Source: Synechococcus sp. (GTDB lineage Bacteria > Cyanobacteriota > Cyanobacteriia > Thermostichales > PCC-7336). From it: a stretch of 28,068 bases of DNA. The stretch spans positions 1 to 28,068 of the forward strand of contig JBFRWN010000096.1 in assembly GCA_051439605.1 (NCBI GenBank). Direction: 5' to 3'. The translations under genes were made by a program, and so were the position numbers. The notes under the pieces are model-generated. The model searched no databases and had not been told where the DNA came from. It worked only from the letters and a program-made list of their open reading frames with translations. Shown piece by piece: positions 27,948-28,068 of this stretch; the stretch's first letter is position 1; each line of letters begins with the position of its first letter.

Positions 27948-28068
27948 ATCGGGATAGGGAGAATCCTCACGAATCCCCCCTCCCACACCACCTGGCATGC
28001 GGGTCCGCACCAGGCGGTTCAGCATCACGGAGCAAACATTAATTTGACACCATCAAACGTATCCCTGG
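27948..28068 (-). mobile_element. 3' end (domains V-VI) of a group II intron, IIC-type, running off the window edge
   Basis: Minus strand reads GAACCGCCTGGTGCGGACCCGCATGCCAGGTGGTGT (DV with CGC triad), then GGGAGGGGGGATTC-GTGA-GGATTCTCCCT-A-TCCC (DVI with GNRA loop and bulged A), ending in AT at 27949-27948. Confidence 0.92.

Overview
Cyanobacterial DNA, judged from dense HIP1 (GCGATCGC) and cyanobacteria-type pentapeptide proteins. There are three blocks. (1) ~0.2-13.2 kb is an organosulfur cluster: two TauE/SafE membrane proteins, a nitrate/sulfonate-type ABC transporter, an AprA/AsfA-like flavoprotein with a 2x[4Fe-4S] ferredoxin, a HEAT-repeat protein, an Mrp/ApbC ATPase and a sulfotransferase. 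Its divergent LysR regulator carries a fused C-terminal paralogue of the transporter's own binding protein. (2) 13.4-26.9 kb holds a pentapeptide/TPR pair and a partial, rearranged contractile injection system: VgrG-like spike, PAAR, CIS-tube/Afp7-like protein, a 1974-aa disordered protein, a gp19-type tube protein and a small protein. No sheath or baseplate wedge genes are in the window. (3) 27.1-28.07 kb holds a four-hairpin element with integrase-core-like arms, a lone cassette-like ORF and the 3' end of a minus-strand group IIC-type intron inserted in an attC-like core. Together these suggest an integron-like cassette array with atypical sites. All calls come from reading motifs by eye; no searches were run.
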